A stretch of DNA of 64,000 nucleotides from Paraspadella gotoi (lineage: Eukaryota; Animalia; Chaetognatha): assembly GCA_051294375.1 (NCBI GenBank), contig CM119270.1, forward strand, positions 6,272,162-6,336,161. The letters are read 5' to 3'. A program made the position numbers and the translations under genes. A model generated the notes under the pieces. The model was not told where the DNA came from. It worked only from the letters and a program-made list of their open reading frames with translations, and made no database searches. This document shows, in pieces, positions 56,149 through 64,000 of the stretch; the stretch's first letter is position 1; every line of letters starts with the position of its first letter.

Positions 56149-57283
56149 CTGCCGCCGCCGCATTTCGCCCACAAGTTTCACCACCCTCCGCCCCCTGGGC
56201 TTCATCTTCACCCCGTTGGGCCTCCGGGCGGCCCCCCGCTCGGCCCGCCTCCGCCCGGCCATCCGGGCTTTCCCCACGGTCCCCACGGCCACCCCCACAT
56301 GCATCCCCACGGCCACCATCATCATCACCACCATCACCACAACGGCGGACCACCCTTTCGCCACCACCACCACCTCCAACCACCTCCCGGGCTCGGTGGT
56401 CCCCCTCCGGGAAACGGTCACTCCCCAGGAGGCGGTCCACCGAACGGCGGCCCGGGCGGCCCGCCCCTTCCGAGTCTCTTCCATCCGCTTCAAGATCCGC
56501 CTCCACTTCCTCCACACGAGATGGGCGCCGATCATCCTCACAATCAACTCCCGCCTCCGCCGCCGCCCCATCATCATCACTCGCCCGATCACCCACTCCA
56601 CCCCGGCAATCACCACCCTCACCACCCTCATCATCATCACCATCATCATCATCCGCTACATCATCCGCTCCATCATCCGCTACATCAGCAAGACTCACCG
56701 CCTCACGTCGGCAACGGCGGATTACCGACTCCGACTCACTTGGAGGGCGGCGGCGTCGGCGGTAACGGCGGAGGCGGCGTAGGCGGAGGAGCTTCGCCGA
56801 GATCCGGCAGCGTCGGCGAAGGTCGAGATCCGGCGCCGCCGACTCCTCCGGATTCGGATCATCATCGAGGGGAAGAAGGAGGAAGTCCGCCGGCGAGCGG
56901 AGACGAGCATTCGCTGCCGGGAGGAGGAGGAGGAGGTCCGCCGCAGCATCATCCGCCGCATCATCTGCAGCATCCGCAGCATCAGAACCACCTGCCGCAG
57001 GGCATCGTCTTCGAAAAGGACGGCGCCGGCGGCGCGTTTATCGACGCCGGGCGTCATTCGCCGAGATCGGCGTCGACGCCGAGGGATTTGCCGGAAATGA
57101 AGGCGGCGCCCAGGGATTGGCCGGAAGCTAGGCCCAAGGACTGGCCGGATATAAAGATGGCGCCGAGAGATTGGCCGGAAATCAAAATGGCGCCGAGGGA
57201 TTGGCCGGAGGCGAGATCGGCGCCGAGATCTCCGGAAACGAGGATCAAAGTGGAACATCATCAAAACGGGTTCACCCTGCCGA
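56149..57283 (+). CDS. FoxJ2/3: FoxJ2/3-family gene, large His/Pro/Gly-rich exon
   Basis: Acceptor CTCTCCACAG at 56148 after a long pyrimidine tract; open GC-rich frame containing ORF 56299-57315; donor CCGA|GTAAGG at 57283 (phase 1) joins in frame to the next exon. Confidence 0.85.
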
Positions 57284-57833
57284 GTAAGGACGTGGAACTG
57301 CGAGCATGGCATTGAAACGGCTTCGTCTTGGCATGGAATTTACCTTCGTGTTTCAATAATCAAATAGTAGCATTGAGGCATGGAAAATAAATGTACTACA
57401 TTCCGTCACCCTCCGCTTCAAAAAACTTCGAAAACATTTTTTTCGCATGAGTGAAAAAAAAAAGAAATTCTGCACGCAAAATATGGAATCGCGCCTTATA
57501 TCCATAACCGCAAAATTGCATGAAAACCATTGTTTAAACCATATCTATCAGAGTGTTCCAACCTTTTTTTTTCCTTTAGTGTTTTTGTATATATTTCATT
57601 TTAATTTATATTACAAAGTTTCTTTTTTCGCCTTTACTGTTTGTTTTAATGTTTATTAAATTTCGACTTAGAATTTATTTCGTAGTAAATTATGCTTATC
57701 TGTACATGAAACTTTGTATCTACATCTGAACTACAACAACACCTTCAAAACTTGATATTACTTTTTCCGTTCAATCCCGCTCCTCGCCGAAATAACTTAC
57801 TTTTTAAAAACTTCCCCGTTTCCCTTCCAACAG

Positions 57834-58094
57834 GTCTGCACAGCATCCTCCACTCTGCCCCCCATCACTTTCCCGACGACCGCGGGGCGCCCACCCCTCC
57901 CCATCACCACCACGCCCACCATCATGTCCACCCCCTCGTCCGTGGGGTGGACGAGGACGACGACGGCCCCGCCAAGCCGGCCGGGTCGCCGGGGGCGGAA
58001 GAGCCCGTCGGGGGCGGGCCAACGGGGCGGCCGTCCGGTCCCTCGATATCGGGGGCGCATCACGGGGAAGGCGGAATGGCGCAAAGCGTCGCCG
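57834..58094 (+). CDS. FoxJ2/3: FoxJ2/3-family gene, exon (phase 1-1, 261 bp)
   Basis: CCTTCCAACAG| acceptor and G|GTGAGA donor; encodes SLHSILHSAPHHFPDDRG...GMAQSVA. Confidence 0.85.
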
Positions 58095-58236
58095 GTGAGA
58101 GAAGAGAAGAGAATGTGAAAAAAGAAGAAAAGAAAAGAAAAGAGATGAGATATGAGAAGAGATAAGGAAATAAAATCAGAATGAGGAAGTGTAATCGATT
58201 GAAACGATAAAACGAGCAATGAATTTTTTTCCCCAG

Positions 58237-58356
58237 GTTCTTACGGGTTGACAGCCTCTCAGTTCGATTGGCTGTCCAACATTGATAACCTCAAAGAGTC
58301 TGTTCGGTTGGCGGGAACTCACAACTGGCAGGACATTGATATATCTCAGTTCCAAG
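58237..58356 (+). CDS. FoxJ2/3: FoxJ2/3-family gene, conserved C-terminal block part 1 (120 bp)
   Basis: TTTTCCCCAG| ... G|GTAAGT; encodes GSYGLTASQFDWLSNIDNLKESVRLAGTHNWQDIDISQFQ, similar to FOXJ2 WCSNIDSLKESF and FOXJ3 [22 protein letters not shown] as recalled. Missed by the ORF track. Confidence 0.9.
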
Positions 58357-58445
58357 GTAAGTTTAATGTGTTTCATTAGTATGACTCACGCCTTTAAAGG
58401 TAAGTTTTAATAAATCCGAATTTTTACCCTCTAATACCCATCCAG

Positions 58446-58574
58446 GCCTGATGGAGTCGATGCGAGCCGCCGACGCCAACAATTGGTCATTGAATCCCGA
58501 AGAATTCGCGACGCTGGCGACATCGCTTAACAATTTCTTTCAACAAACCGGACTTCTTCAAGAGGGCGTCCCAG
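58446..58574 (+). CDS. FoxJ2/3: FoxJ2/3-family gene, conserved C-terminal block part 2 (129 bp)
   Basis: CCATCCAG| ... G|GTTGGT; encodes [38 protein letters not shown], similar to FOXJ3 [38 protein letters not shown] as recalled. Confidence 0.9.
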
Positions 58575-58668
58575 GTTGGTCGAGAAAATAGAGTTCGGAT
58601 CAGATATCATTTCAGATAAGAAAAAAATATTTTTATCCTTATCGAGAACCTAATTCTCATTTTTTTAG

Positions 58669-58805
58669 TTCCCGGCGTGCCAGGCGCCCTGGCGGCGTTC
58701 TCTGTCGGGCCACCTCCGGCGCCCTCCGGTCCCACGTCTGGCGCCAACGACGAAAACGGCGCCGCGGAATCGCCAAATACGGCGCCCACCGAAAACGGGA
58801 TTCAG
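58669..58805 (+). CDS. FoxJ2/3: FoxJ2/3-family gene, penultimate or last resolved exon (terminal exon not identified)
   Basis: CATTTTTTTAG| ... CAG|GTGAGA; in-frame VPGVPGALAAFSVGPPPAP...PTENGIQ. Confidence 0.8.
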
Positions 58806-59634
58806 GTGAGAAGAAAAGTTATTTTTTTAAATTAGAGTAGGTTCCGTAATCCATTTCATAACTTGTGATGCTGACTATCATTACACTGACGGTGTAGTCA
58901 TCAAAAAAAACAAATTTCCGTTTTTCAAGCCGCGAGAGGCAGTTCATAACTTTATTTTATTATAAAACAAATACTGAAAACTACAAGATCATTGGAAAAA
59001 AAATAAGACTATTAATCATAAATGCTATGAATCTTTACATAATTGATTGCCCAGAACAAATTAGCTACGGTGATTGTATTCAGTGATTGGGTTCAATAAT
59101 ATAAAAATGTCCGAACGAATATTGACTAAAGTAAAGGAACCGAAAATTTATTTTAACCCATCCACGACAAAAATAATCATGATCATAAGGATGTGCGATA
59201 ACTACTAATTAACTTTTTCCGGCACTATCTATATTTTCTATTCTAATAACGATTATTTTCTTAACTAAAATTACATAAAACGAGAAATTACGCGAGGCAT
59301 CAAAAAGTATGATTGATTAATAAGATGTCATCATAATGAATGGTCTGATTTAATGAAGAAAGCTTTTAGACTAGTGTGACGTAATAAAGTATGAGTTTTG
59401 AGCGGGTTTGAACCTCCTTTACATATCGGGTTTAATAAAGCACAAGTTAATCGTGACTCTTTTTCGTAACAAAAAAAACATTGAACAAGCGACCCTGCTT
59501 CCGGCAAAAAAAAAAAAAAAACCTCTAAAAAACTCTGTTTAAAAATAATTTAAAGTCCATTCTTGACAAATTTAATGGCTTAATGTTTTACGTGGAAATA
59601 AAATGAGATTAAGATGCGTTACATTGAAATGACA

Positions 59635-59787
59635 TCAGGAATGATGCGCGCGCGAGTTCAAGATGGCGTCTCGATGTCCGATTCTCTCCGCGAATCGAAT
59701 CGCGTGAATTTTTATTTGATGTCGACGCAAATTTCCTCTTTGGTTGAAGCTGAGGCCACATTGATTGCAAGAAGTAGGGGCGGAGAC
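59635..59787 (-). CDS. Terminal exon of the zinc-finger gene, with a 1-nt frameshift
   Basis: Acceptor CCTTTCCTCTCCAG|; reads GLRPY, then after removing one T at about 59772-59773, [23 protein letters not shown]...HHS-TGA. Confidence 0.75.
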   Translation of the reverse strand, partial: VSAPTSCNQCGLSFNQRGNLRRHQIKIHAIRFAERIGHRDAILNSRAHHS

Positions 59788-61374
59788 CTGGAGAGGAAAG
59801 GGGAAAAGAAAAAGGGCAAAAAATTAAAATCAAAACAACTGGAAACAAAATCATAGGAGATAATCCACATTGTCAATGTCATTGATAATTTGATTGCCTG
59901 AGAATTGCCCAAAATCGATTGAAAACGATTTCAAGCGATTTCCGAAGCAGCAGTTGGGTTCAAAATTTCAAATCCAAGCAAGCTTTTCAATCAAATTTGA
60001 AACAAACGAAACCAACAAATTAAAAAATTAAAAAGTTTCATACAAATCTAAAAGAAAAACCTGAACTAAGTCTGATGAAAATAAAACTTGAACTTACTTT
60101 AAAGCGTTAACCGACGTCATCCAAATGGTTACATTTTTCGCTGTTCTCTTCAAATAAGGTCTGAAACGAATGTTTTAACGAAATAAAAAAAAATGAACTG
60201 AATGAAAAAATACCAAAAAAATAAAAAATAAAAAATAAGAACGAAATTAAAGTATGATAGAAACTAAGGGAAAAAAATCGCTGTCCTCGAGTTAGTAACA
60301 GAAACAAACTAAAAAAAAAGAGCAAAACTAAAAGCAATCAACGTTACAAACCGATTCGTCGCAGACACGCAGGGTAAACGGGAGTAAACTCACCCGCGTG
60401 GATCATCATGTGCCGAACGAGAGCGTGCTTCCCGGTGAAAGTCTTGCCGCAGACGCTGCACGAGTTACCCGGCGGCTGCTCTGCCGCGTTAAGACGGGCG
60501 GAGGAGCGGTGGCGGACGGAGCGGCGGCGACCACCGTCTTCCTCTGGAAATTTAATCAATGTTACGTCGAAGGATTCTTCATTTGATTCTTTACACGCAT
60601 ACATACGCTGCTTGATAAACTTACCGACATGCGAATCCAAGTTTTCCTCGCCGTAACCAGGATTGGCGGCAAGAGTTTCCATTCCTAAGGGGGAAAAAAA
60701 GAGCTATCGTTATCTTTTGTACGTTTTATATAATATATAAGAAACAGAGTATATTTTTTAAAGTCTCTTACCTGGGAAACACGGTTGATTGTCCTCCTCT
60801 CTCTTCTCCTTCTCCTCTTCCTCCCTCTCCTCCTCCTCTTCATCCTCCCCCTCGGCCATGGCCACCATGACCACCTCCCCGGCCTCCGTCAACATTTTCT
60901 TCACGGAACCCTCGAAGGCGAAGTCCCCGTTGTTGTTGTCGGCGGAGGAAGAGGAGTTCAAGGGAGTCGAAGGGTCGCCTGAGACAAAAAAAAAAAAAAA
61001 TTACAATGAAAGGGGGGGATGAAATAGATTTTCAAGATTTTAAGGAGAGCCAAAAACTGAAATAAATTGGTTTTTAATTCAATTTAATTTGACTCATTCT
61101 ATTAATTTACTTCATTCACTCGCAAACCCTAACTTGCAAACCCTAACCGCGAAAACTAACCTTCTCCAGCAGTCGACTCGATCGATCCATTTATGGTCGT
61201 AGCAGCAGCCGCAGCTTTCGATCCAGATTTTGATCCGCCCGCAGCAGCCGAAGTTCCGGCGGGCATCTCGTCCCGATTTCTACATTAAAAGGAACGAATG
61301 CCATTAATCATTAATTTAATGTCTGGGAAGAAATAAGTGTTCAAAATAAATGAAATTAATATTATAAATTAAAA

Positions 61375-61429
<55 letters not shown>

Positions 61430-64000
61430 ACCCATCGACACACACATACCTGTGCATCATGTGATGACGCTGAAGGTGAACCCTCTGCGTGAAGCCCTTC
61501 TGGCAAATCTCGCACACGAATGGCCGCTCTCCCGTGTGAGTCATGTAGTGGCGGACGAAGCGACTTTGTTGGTAGAAAACTTTACCACAAAAGTCGCAGG
61601 GAAATTGTTTCCGCGCGTCGGGAGGCGACTCCGCGTTGGGCGAGGGGCCGGCGAGAGGCGAGAGGGCGCCCAGAGGGGGCGGCGCGGGCGGCGCGGTTAT
61701 CAGAGCTTTGGAGGGCGAAGTTTCTTTGCTGTCGGTGGCGGGGGTGGCGGTGGAACCCTGAACGGAAAAAAAAAAAAGAAAGGAGATAGAGTTATAAAGT
61801 TTGTTTCCTTTTCTTTGTTTAAACACCCATCAATTCCTACTTGGAATCCTAGAAAATGCAAATTTCCTCTCAACTTCACTTGTCCACCGACCTGAGTCGC
61901 AATCAAGGCCGACCCAAAGGGGACCATCGTCGGCGGAGGGGTGAGGGACTCGGCCGGCGGTGATGGCGACGGAAGCGGCAGCGGCTGCGGCTGCGACCGC
62001 TTTCGCAGCGAAGCTCCAGTGGGCCTGGGTGTTTCCTGTGAGTGAATGAAAAGGAAAAGTTTAATTAAAATTAAAATGTTCAAAAAGAGAAAATAACAGA
62101 CGAAAATTAAGTTTTTTAATCTTTATGGTTTCTAAATTTGAAAAAAGCTACTAAAAACTATCTAATTACCTTAGATGAGCCCATCATTACGACGGTGGTG
62201 TAACCGGGAAGAGATTTGGCAGAGGCCAACGACGACGACGACGATGTCATAGGAGGGGGGGACATATTAGACTCTTCTAACTTTCGCTTGTTCGTTCCGG
62301 TGAATCCAGATGTGGCAGTCCTGAATGGCAAAATAGAGATACTGATACCGAACGGAATAATGATAAGAATGATTTACTAGTATGCCGTAAGACAAAAAAA
62401 TGATTTCGTAATAATCAGTTTTGAGGGCCAGACCTTGTTTGCTCCAACTCCATCTGCTCCTGTGCAGATAACGGCTTCCCGTTGGAGTCGACAGAATGTT
62501 GGATGTTGTAGTGATTCTTCAGGTGAATCTGTTGGATGAAGCCTTTCCCGCATATCGTGCCTAGCATGAAAAAACGTAAAACGTCTATACAATTTTCACG
62601 TTTTTTTTATTTAATTTTTATATTTATTTTTATCAGTATTTAGGAAATCTTAACAATTAAATTTATGCGAAGTAATTACAGGCAAAGGGACGGACTCCGG
62701 TGTGGATCATCTGGTGCCGAGTCAGATGCGAGAGTTGGGAGAATCTTTTTGCGCAAATTTCGCACTTGAAGGGGCGAACCTGGCGGAGAAAGACGCAATT
62801 ACTAAGTTTCATTTAATTAAATTTAAATTATAAATACTTATCAAATTTTTTTTCAAATGTACAGTGAAACGTCATCGGTTGGAGTATAAAACGAACCTTA
62901 AAATGAGTCAGCATGACGTGCTTGAGCAGCGAATCCCTCGTAGTGTAGACGTGCTTGTTACCCGTTCCCTTTTCCGTCGCGCATAGTTCGCAAGTGAACG
63001 GGGCCGTTGCCGGCAAGTGAAAGGCGGATAGATGTGCCTGGGTAGGGGCAAGGGGCAAAGAAAACGGGAATGACCTCAATGCAAAAACCTTCCAGTCATT
63101 CTCAAACCGACGACCAACCTCCAGCATCTCCACCCCTTCCGGATTGTTGAAAGACTCGGGCGTGTCGTTGGGCAGCGGAAGGCTCGGGTCGCAGAGGAGG
63201 CAGCCTTGAAGCCAGCTCGCGGCGCGATGGTGCTTCGAGTTCGGATGAAACCGAACCGACGACCCGGAGGACGACGACGACGTCGAAGTCGGATTCTTAG
63301 ATTTCCGGCCTCTTTTCGGCGCCGGTTCCGTCGTCTCGTCCTTCCCCGGCGGCGCGGGCAAGGCCAGCATGGTAGTCGCCGAGTTCCCGGCGTCAATCGG
63401 CGGCGAGGTCGCCGATCCCGACGGGGAACTCTTCATCTCCCGCCACCAGGGGTCGTAGTCGGGTTGCTGGGCGGCGTCGTCATCGTTATCCTCGTTTTCC
63501 TCCGAACTCGCGTCGTTGGTTTCTTCCTCCTCCTTCCCCTCAGATTCTCTCTTCTCATCTTCATTCTTTTTCGAGGATTCAAGATTCTTAGAATCGTCCC
63601 GGGTAACCTTGTCCTTCAAAGACCGCGCTTTGTCCTCGATCGATTTGTCCATCGTCGAGCGACGTTTTTCCTCCAATTTGTCCTCCATCTGTTTTTCGGA
63701 CGGCCCTTCCTCGACCGGTTTGTCCTTATCCTTGTCCTCCGTCGGTTTGTCCCTAGATGGTCCCGTATTGTCCTCCGCCGGTTTGTCTCGCGACGAAAGT
63801 TCCTCTTCATTTCTATTGGCATGCTCGGCGTTCATCCGAAGCGCTTCTTCCACGGCGCGCCGTTTGTCCACGGTAGTCACGGTCGAGCGCCTTGAAGGAG
63901 CGCCGTCGCCCGCTGCCTGACGATTCTGGGAGCCTTCCTCCTCCCCCCTGACGATACGTTTGAAGGGCACTCCGTTATTCTCCAGAATTTCCGCCTCTCG
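59635..64000 (-). CDS. Multi-exon C2H2 zinc-finger protein gene (5' end outside window); at least 12 exons and 8 fingers
   Basis: Exons (minus strand): >64000-63119, 63037-62897, 62779-62680, 62560-62434, 62320-62170, 62035-61892, 61757-61450, 61279-61161, 60978-60772, 60684-60625, 60543-60394, 59787-59635. All introns are GT-AG with compatible phases. Fingers include [50 protein letters not shown] and [49 protein letters not shown]. Confidence 0.9.

Noticed and set aside
55979-57312. Long antisense and alternative-frame ORFs over the His/Pro exon (and 63206-63920 over the zinc-finger exon)
   Set aside because: Shadow ORFs expected from GC-rich low-complexity coding sequence.
61122-61160. 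Telomere-like CCCTAA motifs (also TAACCCTTACCCTTACCC at about 55281)
   Set aside because: Only 2-3 interrupted units inside non-coding DNA; not an array.

Overview
Animal (metazoan) nuclear genomic scaffold, not prokaryotic. Positions ~1-55,000 are non-coding and microsatellite-rich ((GA)n, (GAC)n, (GAAA)n, (GCC)n). They are broken by many N gaps and patched with error-rich, raw-long-read-like sequence, which produces several apparent direct and inverted duplications that are probably assembly artefacts; almost all ORFs in the supplied track over this part are spurious. Supportable content: (i) a solo tRNA-Pro(AGG)-like gene plus a head-to-tail array of about 8 tRNA-Pro units (3.9-5.5 kb); (ii) a 150-bp TTAA-flanked Kolobok/T2-type MITE whose interior resembles a degenerate minimal hammerhead ribozyme; (iii) a 42-bp minisatellite; (iv) the 3' part of a spliced + strand FoxJ2/3-family gene (55.5-58.8 kb), recognised from two non-forkhead conserved motifs, with His/Pro tracts, an unusual PRDWPE repeat, apparent +1 frame discontinuities, and no forkhead domain visible in the window; (v) a convergent, multi-exon minus-strand C2H2 zinc-finger gene (59.6->64 kb) with 8 fingers, two stop-free 81-nt introns and a 1-nt frameshift in its last finger. 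Protein-family assignments rest on recalled motifs, not on database searches.
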